Sequence record: NC_028248.1
From: Escherichia phage slur16
Length of the DNA stretch: 64,000 nucleotides
Strand: one strand, 5' to 3'
Shown: positions 27,012 through 36,493 of the stretch, in pieces
Layout of the letters: each line of letters starts with the position of its first letter
Position numbering within the stretch: position 1 is the stretch's first letter
Position numbers and translations under genes: made by a program
The notes under the pieces: model-generated
The model's database searches: none
Seen by the model: the letters and a program-made list of their open reading frames with translations, nothing else
What the model was told of the DNA's origin: nothing

Positions 27012-27929
27012 ATGATGAAGTATTTTAATGCAGACGACCTAGTTGACAAAGGTCTTGTAACCAGCAGATATCACCCAGACCTTGGGTTAAAGATCTATAA
27101 ATATGCCAGAAAAGTATTCTACAACAACTTATGGCATTTGTCTCCTCGATTACTGGAGTGCCGAGGCATTGTTGTCGGTAATGAAGGAAATGTTGTGGCA
27201 TGGCCCTTTACAAAAGTGTTTAACTTGGGAGAAAACTCCACCAACCTGCCTGACAATAAGCTTGTGACGGCGGTAGAGAAAAAGAACGGATTCCTTGGTG
27301 TGGTGTCATCTCATAAAGGTGAACTATTGTTCTCAACAACCGGGTCTCTTGATTCTCCATATTGTAACCTTGCAAAGGAAACCATCCAGGAGCAATGTGG
27401 TAATTTAGATCTTATCAAGAAGGTTATGGGCAATGAAAATATGACATTCATGTTTGAAATTTGTCACCCCTCAGATCCGCATATTGTTCAGGAAGATCAT
27501 GGCGCATATTTGATAGGTTGCAGATATAATGATTCTGGAATAATGCTACCAGAAGCAGCTTTAGATGGGATTGCCAAATACCTTGGTGCAAAACGTCCTC
27601 ACACTGTGCGTGAAATTCCGTTCAGTTATGCAAAAGAATTAGCTGCAGAAACAAGAGGTGAAGGGTATATGATTCGTAAGCCTTACTACCCTTATGATCT
27701 GCAGCTGAAGATTAAGTCTCCATACTATCTGGCACGGAAGGCCGTAATGAGGGGTAAAGCTTGGAAGATTTGGGATGATGATATCTTTAAACGTGTTGAC
27801 GAAGAGTTTTACGGCATGGTAAACTTCATTCGTAACAACTACACAGAGGATGTATGGAACTGCCTCCTGGAGCAGGAACGCCGTGAGATACTCGATTACT
27901 ATTTCCACAACGAGAACTATATGCAATGA
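27012..27929 (+). CDS. rnlA: RNA ligase 1 (T4 RnlA-like)
   Basis: LLECRGIVV, KVFNLGEN and motif I KKNG match T4 Rnl1 ALECRGIMF, KFFNLNEN, KEDG; start at ATG 27012 with GAGGA RBS (ORF-track ATG 26994 also possible). Confidence 0.75.
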   Translation: MMKYFNADDLVDKGLVTSRYHPDLGLKIYKYARKVFYNNLWHLSPRLLECRGIVVGNEGNVVAWPFTKVFNLGENSTNLPDNKLVTAVEKKNGFLGVVSSHKGELLFSTTGSLDSPYCNLAKETIQEQCGNLDLIKKVMGNENMTFMFEICHPSDPHIVQEDHGAYLIGCRYNDSGIMLPEAALDGIAKYLGAKRPHTVREIPFSYAKELAAETRGEGYMIRKPYYPYDLQLKIKSPYYLARKAVMRGKAWKIWDDDIFKRVDEEFYGMVNFIRNNYTEDVWNCLLEQERREILDYYFHNENYMQ

Positions 27930-28276
27930 AGAAGTTGATTGTGTGGCTAGATGACTTGAGAGATCCGTCAAAGTACGGGCTCCAAGACGCTGTTTGGCTA
28001 AAGAATTCCTCCGAGTTTATAGATTTTATTAACGATAATAGAAAGCTCTACAGACGCGTTTCTGAGTGGCATATGGACAACGACCTTGGAGAGGTATTCG
28101 AAGGGTACGATTGCCTATCTATGTTGGAGGAAAAATTTGTATTTGGTAAGCCTCCTGTAGTTGACAACGTGAAGATTTTCGTGCATACTTCTAACCCATC
28201 AGCGGCTCGTAAATTCATGCTTGCAGCTGACTCGTTTAAAAAGTTTGGAATAGAGATTAAACAAAACATCTACTGA
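27926..28276 (+). CDS. hypothetical protein
   Basis: 116 aa ORF, ATGA-coupled to upstream gene, immediately upstream of Sir2 gene. Confidence 0.45.
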   Translation: MKKLIVWLDDLRDPSKYGLQDAVWLKNSSEFIDFINDNRKLYRRVSEWHMDNDLGEVFEGYDCLSMLEEKFVFGKPPVVDNVKIFVHTSNPSAARKFMLAADSFKKFGIEIKQNIY

Positions 28277-28284
28277 GGACACTT

Positions 28285-29046
28285 ATGCGACGACTGATTA
28301 TTATCTCCGGTGCTGGTTTGAGCGCTGAATCTGGTATTCCCACTTTCCGATCTGGTAGCACTGCAATGTGGGAGAATTTCAGCATCGATGAGGTGTGCAA
28401 CATCCACACCTTTGCCAAGAACTACTATAAGGTGCATGACTTTTACAATGCACGTCGTGTAGCTTTAGGCAGTGTTGAGCCTAACCTTGCACATCTTCGG
28501 ATCGCTGAGTGGTATTCCCGCTGGTCTGGTCGTGTGATCAACCTTACCACCAATGTAGATGATTTGCTGGAGCGTGCTGGTGTAAAACATGAAGATATTT
28601 TACATGTCCACGGGTATTTGCCAGAAATAGTCTATGAGGACGATGAAGGAAGTGACGTCATTAAGGACATTGGATACTCTGAGGTAGACGCAGGAAAGTA
28701 TACCTGGGTTAAGCCTAATGTGGTGTTCTTCGGAGAAGTAGCTCCGAAGTATACAGACATGTATGACCTGTTGACTTCTCTTACGAGCAATGATATGGTT
28801 ATCCTTGTAGGGTGCTCCAACACAGTTATCAATTTTAACTGGGAGCTATTCCCTGCCTGCAATAAGGGAACCAAACTACTGATCGTTAATAAATACGACT
28901 CACAGCATCTAGAGGAGAATGGCATTTCACGTAGTGATATTTACCAGTATGAGGATCGTGGCATCCCAGTTTGGTTTAACGGTGCGGTTGATGCCTTCTC
29001 TGATAAAACATTCATTGAGACTGTAGAAAACTTTATGGAACTTTAA
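28285..29046 (+). CDS. Sir2-family (sirtuin-like) NAD-dependent enzyme lacking zinc ribbon
   Basis: GAGLSAESGIPTFRS (Sir2 Rossmann/NAD motif), TTNVDDLLERAG, catalytic HG in LHVHGY; no CxxC pairs. Confidence 0.75.
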   Translation: MRRLIIISGAGLSAESGIPTFRSGSTAMWENFSIDEVCNIHTFAKNYYKVHDFYNARRVALGSVEPNLAHLRIAEWYSRWSGRVINLTTNVDDLLERAGVKHEDILHVHGYLPEIVYEDDEGSDVIKDIGYSEVDAGKYTWVKPNVVFFGEVAPKYTDMYDLLTSLTSNDMVILVGCSNTVINFNWELFPACNKGTKLLIVNKYDSQHLEENGISRSDIYQYEDRGIPVWFNGAVDAFSDKTFIETVENFMEL

Positions 29047-29059
29047 AAGGAGACCTTTA

Positions 29060-29773
29060 ATGCTGAATACTAAACTGATCGACAACCTGGAAAAACTGTC
29101 TCAGCCTGAAAACTACCTTTGGTCTGCCAACTGGGTGGAAAACTGGAACCGTGTGGCAGCTAAAGTGAAAAAATCATACACACCATTCGAATTACAGCTT
29201 AGCTTCATTGAGGAAGAGTTCAATGAGGTTTTGGAAGAGCTGGAGAAAGGTGATGGTGGAGATCACCTGCTAAAAGAGGCCTGCGATCTTCACGTTGTCA
29301 CAAGTTATGCCGCTTATCTTGTTAATGATAATCACGAAAAGTGGTCAAACCTGTTTGATAATCCACGAGGTCTTAAGTTCAAGATCGGTGAGTTCTATGA
29401 TACACTGATCGCTGCGAAAAACACATCCAAGCAAAGAGCGTCAGCTTACCGTTTAGCTGAGTTGTCAACAGCTTTGCTGTTCCAGCTTCGCGGCGATGTG
29501 TGCGGGATGATGCGTAAGGTTCTCAAATCGAATGACAGCAAGTTTGCACGGGTCAACCATCTACGGTATTCACACGGTGCCAGTGCAGATATGCCTGCTG
29601 AACAACTCATAGAGTTGGAGATTAAAGATCTTGAGCGACGCTTTGATGGTCGATATGAAGGTTTTGTTGCTAAGGAAGAATTCTACAACGGTAATAAAGT
29701 TATCATATTCCTTGACAGTAAAGGTAAGATCATGAAGCCTTCGAGCTTCAAGGATGTAGCAGAGTATATTTAA
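29060..29773 (+). CDS. hypothetical protein (possible MazG-like NTP pyrophosphohydrolase fold)
   Basis: 237 aa; EEEFNEVLEELEKGDGGDHLLKEACDLH resembles MazG-type E-x-x-E ... E-x-x-D; weak. Confidence 0.3.
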   Translation: MLNTKLIDNLEKLSQPENYLWSANWVENWNRVAAKVKKSYTPFELQLSFIEEEFNEVLEELEKGDGGDHLLKEACDLHVVTSYAAYLVNDNHEKWSNLFDNPRGLKFKIGEFYDTLIAAKNTSKQRASAYRLAELSTALLFQLRGDVCGMMRKVLKSNDSKFARVNHLRYSHGASADMPAEQLIELEIKDLERRFDGRYEGFVAKEEFYNGNKVIIFLDSKGKIMKPSSFKDVAEYI

Positions 29774-29806
29774 CAACATGGCCGGGATTACCCGGCTTTA
29801 CTTGTT

Positions 29807-30145
29807 GTGGAAAGTATGCAAGTGAGGCAGATAGTTATGTACAAGCACTCTAGAGATCTTGAAAACGATGCTGTGTTTGGGGATCAGATGAAAGAGTTGG
29901 TTAAACTTATAGGCAGGATAGAGGATAAGTTTGACACTAAGATCTACATCGACAGCAAAGTATTCAACCACAAAATATGGACAAATCTGTGTGTTGGACT
30001 ACATGGAGATAAAGATGTGGTAAATTTAGTTGTAATTAAGTTCATAGTGTGGCAGAATAAAACTATAAATTATTACGATCCACACCTGCTTGTTTACCCA
30101 ATAAAAGATCTATTAGATAAGGAGGACTGCAATGCCGTTATTTAA
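29807..30145 (+). CDS. hypothetical protein
   Basis: 112 aa ORF. Confidence 0.4.
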   Translation: MESMQVRQIVMYKHSRDLENDAVFGDQMKELVKLIGRIEDKFDTKIYIDSKVFNHKIWTNLCVGLHGDKDVVNLVVIKFIVWQNKTINYYDPHLLVYPIKDLLDKEDCNAVI

Positions 30146-30401
30146 TCTTGCTAAACCTGTAGAAGCACACCAGTTTGACGGAAGCTCTTCATCAGTATCT
30201 GATCTGCAACGGTGGATTGATACAGGTGTGTTTACATCGTCACCTGTTCGGACCAGAGATCTTCGTCGCATGTGTGAGCTTGTAGAGCCGTTTGGTAACC
30301 TAGTCTTGTACCAGGGTGATTGGCTTGTTGATTTTATGGGGGACTGGTTGGTAATGAGTAAAGAAGAGATGTTTAAAATTTTTAAGGAAGAGGCCGAGTA
30401 A
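30132..30401 (+). CDS. hypothetical protein
   Basis: 89 aa ORF, stop overlaps ligase start. Confidence 0.4.
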   Translation: MPLFNLAKPVEAHQFDGSSSSVSDLQRWIDTGVFTSSPVRTRDLRRMCELVEPFGNLVLYQGDWLVDFMGDWLVMSKEEMFKIFKEEAE

Positions 30402-31684
30402 TGCATCAAATCAAAACAACACTGTACGCACTGAACAAAGATGGCAGCTACCAACAGTGGAAAGTATTCACGGATGGTGATAAGGTTATCGTAGAGTTTG
30501 GCAAGCTTGATGGTAAACTGCAATACAAAGAGACGATCTGCACACCTAAGAACGTGGGTCGCGCCAATGAAACTACAGCTGAGCAACAGGCCGAGCTGGA
30601 AGCGATCAGTAAGTGGGAAAAACAGGTCCGACTCGGGTACGTGGAGAGTATGGAAGATTGTGAGCAAGGTGTTGATCTTTTACCCATGTTGGTGCATGAC
30701 TACCTGAAGCGTGGCAAGGCACTTAAATTACCTTGCTGGATCTTGCGTAAGTTAGATGGCCTTCGTCTACTTGTTGTTTTCCAGAATGGTGAGCCTAAAT
30801 TTATTTCCCGTGGTAATAAGTCCTACCCTATTCAAGGAAAGCTTCTGGAGCAACTTCGCTCTTTCCACCTAACCACCGGGATTAAACAGCTCGACGGAGA
30901 GCTCTATATTCATGGTCTACCTCTGCAGAAAATAGTGTCTCTTGCTAAACGGTGGCGCACACAGGAAGAAATTCAGGCCGAGATCGATAAAGACTACAAG
31001 GCAGATAAAAAACGCCGTCAGGCTGCGATTAAAGCAGGTTTAGCAACATACAAAAACTTCAACAAGGTGGACATTCCTGTTGATGTTGAGCCTGTTCGTG
31101 ATGATTTGCGTTACGGAGGGTACTGCAGCTACGACTTAGAGTATCATATTTTCGATATTCCTAGCGATAAGGTGTGGTGGGATCCTGAAACAGAGTCTGG
31201 TCGCTGTAAGGATCTTATGGAGGCAAACGGTGCTATTACTTCTTTGATGCTTGATCATATTAAGGTTGTTGATGCAGAGCTTGCATATACGGTTGATCGG
31301 TGCGAAGAGTCTGTTGGTATATTTATGTCTGAAGGATATGAAGGTACCATTATGCGTAACTTCTGTGGTAAATATGAGTATGGTCAGCGAACATCTGAAG
31401 CATTGAAATGGAAAAAGTTCAACGACGCAGAGGTGAAAGTTATTGACGTTGAGAAAGATAAGAATGATGAAGGTGTTCTTATCTGTGTTGACAAGGAAGG
31501 TGTTGTTGTTAAAATGAAGATGAAAGGCACGCACGAGGAGCGTAGCTATGACAGGATGCAGGAAATGATCGGCAAGTTTGTCACCTTCAAATATCAAGCA
31601 AGGACAGAAGACAACAACTACCAATTCCCTGTCGGTATCTGCGTCCGAAATGTTAACCCAGATACTTGGGAGGTTCTGGAATGA
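30401..31684 (+). CDS. ATP-dependent DNA ligase
   Basis: Nucleotidyltransferase motif I KLDGLR (KxDGxR) in WILRKLDGLRLLVV; 427 aa. Confidence 0.7.
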   Translation: MHQIKTTLYALNKDGSYQQWKVFTDGDKVIVEFGKLDGKLQYKETICTPKNVGRANETTAEQQAELEAISKWEKQVRLGYVESMEDCEQGVDLLPMLVHDYLKRGKALKLPCWILRKLDGLRLLVVFQNGEPKFISRGNKSYPIQGKLLEQLRSFHLTTGIKQLDGELYIHGLPLQKIVSLAKRWRTQEEIQAEIDKDYKADKKRRQAAIKAGLATYKNFNKVDIPVDVEPVRDDLRYGGYCSYDLEYHIFDIPSDKVWWDPETESGRCKDLMEANGAITSLMLDHIKVVDAELAYTVDRCEESVGIFMSEGYEGTIMRNFCGKYEYGQRTSEALKWKKFNDAEVKVIDVEKDKNDEGVLICVDKEGVVVKMKMKGTHEERSYDRMQEMIGKFVTFKYQARTEDNNYQFPVGICVRNVNPDTWEVLE

Positions 31685-31808
31685 TGTAGGATGGTTTAGT
31701 AGGTAACGGTAGCCAATTGAATGATGGTTTTTCAATTGGCACCTACATAACCACACTATGCAGTGTTGTTGATCGGGTTAGTTATGAGCAAACTGGAGAG
31801 TATGAAAA

Positions 31809-32279
31809 ATGAAACTTGATAAAAATGTTCAACGAAAAGCTTTCTTGGATATGATCGCATATTCGGAAGGAACAGATAATGGTAGACAACCTACCAAGGA
31901 TCGGGGGTACGATGTCATAGTCGGCGGCAAGCTGTTCAGCGATTACAGCAAGCATCCAGGTGTTTACGTTAAGCTAAATGCTAAACTTACCTCCTCCGCT
32001 GCTGGTCGTTACCAGGTTTTGGAGAAGTTTGCTAAACACTACATGAAACAGTTAGGATTACCAGATTTTGGCCCTGCCAGTCAGGACAAGATTGCGTTGC
32101 AACTGATCCGTGAGTGCAAGGCTCTCGCCGACATTGACGAAGGGCGTATCCACGAAGCTATCCGCAAATGCCGTTCCCGCTGGGCTTCGTTACCCGGCGC
32201 TGGATATGGTCAGCATGAACAGAAGATCGAGAAGTTGATCGAGGTGTTTAAAAAGGCAGGCGGCATTGTCCTGGATTGA
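31809..32279 (+). CDS. endolysin (lambda R-like lytic transglycosylase)
   Basis: Close match to lambda R: NVQRKAFLDMIAYSEGTDNGRQ, GYDVIVGG, AAGRYQ, WASLPGAGYGQ. Confidence 0.85.
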   Translation: MKLDKNVQRKAFLDMIAYSEGTDNGRQPTKDRGYDVIVGGKLFSDYSKHPGVYVKLNAKLTSSAAGRYQVLEKFAKHYMKQLGLPDFGPASQDKIALQLIRECKALADIDEGRIHEAIRKCRSRWASLPGAGYGQHEQKIEKLIEVFKKAGGIVLD

Positions 32280-32342
32280 TCATTGACATAACCACACGGA
32301 CGTGGTATTGTTACCTCATAAAATGTTATGGAGTGTTTAACC

Positions 32343-32549
32343 ATGAAAGATTTTCTGTTGGCAATTTTGTTCATGGCAGCATGTCTGGCCTGTGGTGTCG
32401 TGTTTGCAGGTGAAACAGCGTATCTTGTCGATGTGTATCGGGACAATGGTAAACGTATTTGCCTTTATGAGACAAGCCAAGGTGAGCTCTACGAGCTTGT
32501 GAAACAAGGTGAGGCAGGTTCCTGCCCTCGCACCCATTTCTTTGAATAA
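32343..32549 (+). CDS. small secreted protein / putative lipoprotein
   Basis: N-terminal signal-like MKDFLLAILFMAACLACGVVFA; start at ATG 32343 (GGAG 9 nt upstream). Confidence 0.4.
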   Translation: MKDFLLAILFMAACLACGVVFAGETAYLVDVYRDNGKRICLYETSQGELYELVKQGEAGSCPRTHFFE

Positions 32550-32558
32550 GGGGGATAC

Positions 32559-33023
32559 GTGGAAGACGGACGTTTAATGAGGTCTGAACGCAGGCTTATT
32601 GTGCAACTGATCCCAGAAACAGCTTGGTATAATAACCTCCGAAACGCTGTGAAGAAGAGTGAGTGGGATAAGATCCGTAAGAAGTGCTACAGAGAGGCAA
32701 ACTACACTTGCGAGGTGTGCGGCGGTAAAGGCAGCAAACATCCAGTGGAGTGTCATGAACTTTACACTTTCGAAGAGGGAGTGATCCGGCTTGTCGGACT
32801 GATAGCGTTGTGCCCAGATTGTCACACATCGGTACATCCTGGATTAGCAAATATCCGTGGAAAGTATGCTCAGGCAGTTAATCAGTTGGCTAAGGTGAAT
32901 AAGATCACCAGAGGTATGGCAGAGGCGTATTACCGAGACTGCTTTGCAGAGTGGCGCGAGCTTAGTAAAGTTCCAGAATGGAAGACTGACTTTTCGTGGA
33001 TAGAGGGTTACCTTGATGGCTAA
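32559..33023 (+). CDS. HNH-type zinc-finger nuclease (free-standing)
   Basis: CEVCGG...HPVECHELY...CPDCHTSVH cysteine/histidine pattern; GTG start with GGGGGA RBS. Confidence 0.45.
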   Translation: MEDGRLMRSERRLIVQLIPETAWYNNLRNAVKKSEWDKIRKKCYREANYTCEVCGGKGSKHPVECHELYTFEEGVIRLVGLIALCPDCHTSVHPGLANIRGKYAQAVNQLAKVNKITRGMAEAYYRDCFAEWRELSKVPEWKTDFSWIEGYLDG

Positions 33024-33306
33024 GAGATCTGTAAAAGAGAAATTCGATAAGACAGCTTTTGTATTCGATACACCTCTGGACGATATCATCAGGGGTATGC
33101 AAGCCTTGTATCGGAAGGCTGAATCTGAGCAGTTGTCTGAATCAGAACTTTACTGGCTTGGTTGGTGGGAGTTAAACCTGCCTAAAGCTGAAAGCTCTTG
33201 TCTGAGAACTGTTAAAACGTGCGCCCAAGAAAACGCTGCACTTGGAATCTACCACAAAAGGAAAAGATCAACAAAAAGCTCTCCAAGAAAGACTAAAAAG
33301 TCTTGA
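33013..33306 (+). CDS. hypothetical protein with basic C-terminal tail
   Basis: 97 aa; C-terminus HKRKRSTKSSPRKTKKS. Confidence 0.4.
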   Translation: MMAKRSVKEKFDKTAFVFDTPLDDIIRGMQALYRKAESEQLSESELYWLGWWELNLPKAESSCLRTVKTCAQENAALGIYHKRKRSTKSSPRKTKKS

Positions 33307-33332
33307 CAAAAGTGTTATTAATCTGATATTAT
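33303..33332 (+). promoter_or_regulatory. sigma70-like promoter
   Basis: TTGACA (33303-33308), 18 nt spacer, TATTAT (33327-33332); AGGAG RBS and ATG 33366 downstream. Confidence 0.55.
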
Positions 33333-33365
33333 CGGTCAGATATCTATAAACTAGGAGAACTAGGT

Positions 33366-33674
33366 ATGCTTAAAATTTTTATTGTTGAAGATAAAGATAT
33401 TGTCCAGTTGTATGCAAACGAGAATCATAAAGGTATGATTCTGAAGAAGGCAAGCAACCTTCATGAAAACACAATTCAACCTGGCGATGTAATTAAGATC
33501 TGTGGTTATATGATACCAGACTCCTTGATGAAAATAACCCACCACTGGGGGTCTAATCCGTTCCTTTTTGAAAAGTATTGGGATGTTGAGTCACTTATTG
33601 CAGAGAGTGATGATGCATTCCATTACAGCATCCAACCATCTTGCAGAATAACTAACAGGAGGGTCTTTGAGTAG
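33366..33674 (+). CDS. hypothetical protein
   Basis: 102 aa ORF behind promoter and RBS. Confidence 0.45.
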   Translation: MLKIFIVEDKDIVQLYANENHKGMILKKASNLHENTIQPGDVIKICGYMIPDSLMKITHHWGSNPFLFEKYWDVESLIAESDDAFHYSIQPSCRITNRRVFE

Positions 33675-34806
33675 AGAATATCCACTTATTGAGTCCATAG
33701 ATTGTCTGGCTGATCTTCTTGAACCTGACGCTATAGTTTATTATGACTTCGATCAGGTTGCATATCAAGCTGCAGCAAGTTGTGAAAAAAGGACAATTGA
33801 GGTAACACACAAAGCCTCCGGACGTAAGAAGATGTTTAAAACACGAACAGAGTTCTGGGGGCGGCAGAAGAACACCGTTGGTGGTTGGCTAAAAGCTGAG
33901 AATACCAACCGTGAAGCCGCATGTAAAAAGTCTGGTAAGGAGTTTATTCCGTGGACACGTGAAGATTTTGATGTCTTGGATATCCAAACACCTGACCCTG
34001 TAGAGAACTGCTTGCACACAATAAAATGTAAGGCAAATGCAGTTCTTAACTATCTTGGTATTCCGGAAGAGCGATGTGTCGGGGTGTTGGGAGGCACAGG
34101 TAACTTCAGACTAGATCTTCCAATGCCGGAAAGATACAAAGCCAACCGTAACAATACTCTTCGACCACTGCTGCTTGGAGATGCAAGACAGTATCTCCAA
34201 AAGCAGTATAATGCTCAAGTGATCAACGGTATCGAGGCTGATGACTGGTTAGCTATCCAGCAATTTGAAGGTTGGAACCACTACCAAAAAACAGGTAAGT
34301 TCAACAAGTTTATTATCTCTATTGATAAGGACCAAAGAACACTACCGGGGCTTGTGTTCGATCCCATGCGAAACGATAAGGGAGATTTTGTAAGGGAAAC
34401 CCCTATGCTGATCGATAACGGTATGGGGAACATCTTCATGAAGCCTAATGGAGAGGTTGGTGGTTACGGAATGCTGTTCTTCGGATACCAAATGCTGTGT
34501 GGTGACTCTGCTGACAACATCAAGCCGTATCAAGGACTTATCGGTAAGGGTAAGTTCGGAGATGCCTCAGCATTCTACCTACTGTCTCAGTGCAGCACTC
34601 CAAAGGAGATGTGGGTGGCTATTATTGATCAGTACAAGAAGTGGTTCCCGAAAGGTGTTGTTAAGTATACTGACTTCAATGGTATTGATCGTAGAATCTC
34701 CGTAGGTCAATGGATGAGTATAATTTTTGACTGTTTGTATATGAAGCGAACATTCAATGATCAAACAAAACTTGTTAACGTTCTTAGAAATGTTGGAGCA
34801 ATTTGA
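33667..34806 (+). CDS. 5'-3' exonuclease / flap endonuclease (T5 D15 / T4 RNase H family)
   Basis: Signature GIEADDWLA (FEN-family G-x-EADD metal site); 379 aa. Confidence 0.65.
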   Translation: MSREYPLIESIDCLADLLEPDAIVYYDFDQVAYQAAASCEKRTIEVTHKASGRKKMFKTRTEFWGRQKNTVGGWLKAENTNREAACKKSGKEFIPWTREDFDVLDIQTPDPVENCLHTIKCKANAVLNYLGIPEERCVGVLGGTGNFRLDLPMPERYKANRNNTLRPLLLGDARQYLQKQYNAQVINGIEADDWLAIQQFEGWNHYQKTGKFNKFIISIDKDQRTLPGLVFDPMRNDKGDFVRETPMLIDNGMGNIFMKPNGEVGGYGMLFFGYQMLCGDSADNIKPYQGLIGKGKFGDASAFYLLSQCSTPKEMWVAIIDQYKKWFPKGVVKYTDFNGIDRRISVGQWMSIIFDCLYMKRTFNDQTKLVNVLRNVGAI

Positions 34807-35138
34807 TGACTAAAAATTCTGTAGATAACGCAATTATGGAAGCTGTTTTTGAGGATGATCACACAACAGGGACACTTAAAACAAAAAATACATTCGTTGT
34901 TGCCACAGGTATGTGGCGGTTGTATGAAGATGACACCATTTCATACATCCTGTACACGGATGATTACGCAGATGACCGTGTATGGTCTGCTGTTTTAAAA
35001 GAGGATTGTGAGCTGATTGAGGGCGAGCGGTTATGCATGTTCACCAGTGTGGAAACAGATGTTAAGCTTTGCTCTCTCGTATTGTTCAAAGATAAGGCTT
35101 ATGCTCCTGATGAAGGAGAGGAGGATGAGGAAGCATGA
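34803..35138 (+). CDS. hypothetical acidic protein
   Basis: 111 aa; ATGA coupling both sides; C-terminus EGEEDEEA. Confidence 0.4.
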   Translation: MMTKNSVDNAIMEAVFEDDHTTGTLKTKNTFVVATGMWRLYEDDTISYILYTDDYADDRVWSAVLKEDCELIEGERLCMFTSVETDVKLCSLVLFKDKAYAPDEGEEDEEA

Positions 35139-35764
35139 GAGAGCGTCTATTATCCATAGACCAGTCGTTGACACACACAGCTTGCGTTGTATGGGACGAT
35201 GGAAAGCCTGTTCATAAGGTTGTGTTACGAACTCAAAGCTCATCTGCAAAAGAGAAGAAACCAGGGACGGTTTCTTTTGCAACAGCTGCTGAGCGTATTG
35301 ACTGGATCTGCAAACAGGTCAGATATTATATCCACACGCACGGCGTTGACACTGTAGTTATGGAAGGGCTTTCCTTTGGATCACGCGGGGATGCCACACG
35401 TGAACTGGCTGGGTTGTTTTACGGTCTTGAAGTTATGCTTTGGGATGCCTTAGCTGATTGTGAAAATGACGGCCTGTTTAAGGTCCACACAGTGACACCA
35501 ACAACTGCCAAAAAGTTTGCTCGTGGTCATCTTCCTGAGGAACTTGCTTTCGAGGAGAAGAAAAAGCTTGACAAAAAGACAGGTAAAGAGCATACTGTGA
35601 AGAAACCTGTTACGATGGATAAAAAGTTGATGGTTAAGGCCTGCGAAGTATCTGAACCTGGGTTCCTAGATGGGATCAATTTGGTACAAGGTAAGGCCGA
35701 TCTCGCAGATGCTTATTGGATAGGCAGGGCGCATCTGGAGGGATTATCGCAAAGCGTAAAATAA
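35135..35764 (+). CDS. RuvC-like Holliday junction resolvase
   Basis: LSIDQSLTHTACVV (Asp motif), VVMEGLSFG (Glu), DLADAYWIGRAHL (C-terminal Asp pair). Confidence 0.5.
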   Translation: MRERLLSIDQSLTHTACVVWDDGKPVHKVVLRTQSSSAKEKKPGTVSFATAAERIDWICKQVRYYIHTHGVDTVVMEGLSFGSRGDATRELAGLFYGLEVMLWDALADCENDGLFKVHTVTPTTAKKFARGHLPEELAFEEKKKLDKKTGKEHTVKKPVTMDKKLMVKACEVSEPGFLDGINLVQGKADLADAYWIGRAHLEGLSQSVK

Positions 35765-36321
35765 GAAAGAAAGCTGTCAAAGCCCCCGTTCATAACGGGT
35801 GGTTAAAAGATTCTAAGGACATAGCCAACTTTCGAAAAGAATTGTCAGAGGAGCAGGATGGTCTTGATCCTATCTTGTGCGAGCCACTTCGTAAGCCTTG
35901 TTTGGATCATGACCATCTGACTGGTCGTTGCAGGGGTGTTTTGTCCCAATGCACTAATACCTTTGAGGGGTATGTGCTTAAATACTGGATGAAATACTGT
36001 AACGAGTATACAGATTGCAGTTTATCAGAGGCGTTGCGCCGGATGGCTGACTATTTGGAGAAAGACTACAGCGACTTCCCGCTCCACAAAAACTACAGAG
36101 ATGATATGACAAAGTTCTTGAGGAGATGCTCTAAAGCTACGATCATTGCACGAGCAGAATCAGATCTCAATCTTGTCATTAATCCGGAGTGCACCAAGCA
36201 TGAGGCTATTGAGTTCTACATGCAGGAGTTTATAAAGAAAACTGAGGAGAGAGATTTCTATGGGGATGAAAAAGGTATTCAATCCTTGCGATTCAGTTCT
36301 GATCAGGATGAAATACCGTAA
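35716..36321 (+). CDS. His-Me finger endonuclease (T4 endonuclease VII-like)
   Basis: CLDHDHLTGRCRGVLSQCTN matches endonuclease VII core. Confidence 0.6.
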   Translation: MDRQGASGGIIAKRKIRKKAVKAPVHNGWLKDSKDIANFRKELSEEQDGLDPILCEPLRKPCLDHDHLTGRCRGVLSQCTNTFEGYVLKYWMKYCNEYTDCSLSEALRRMADYLEKDYSDFPLHKNYRDDMTKFLRRCSKATIIARAESDLNLVINPECTKHEAIEFYMQEFIKKTEERDFYGDEKGIQSLRFSSDQDEIP

Positions 36322-36481
36322 CTGGAAAGGTGTTGTTGCAGATCGCTGCGTTACTGAGCCTAATTTATGGTTTGGCTCTACAGAGTATCATAAAGAAGAG
36401 CAGTGGTTGATGCGTGCCTTCGATGTAGACAAGGGCGAATATCGTGACTTCGCTTTAAAAGACATTCTTCAGTTTTACTAA
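36260..36481 (+). CDS. hypothetical protein
   Basis: 73 aa ORF; start may be the ATG at 36266. Confidence 0.35.
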   Translation: MGMKKVFNPCDSVLIRMKYRNWKGVVADRCVTEPNLWFGSTEYHKEEQWLMRAFDVDKGEYRDFALKDILQFY

Positions 36482-36493
36482 GGAATCTTAACG

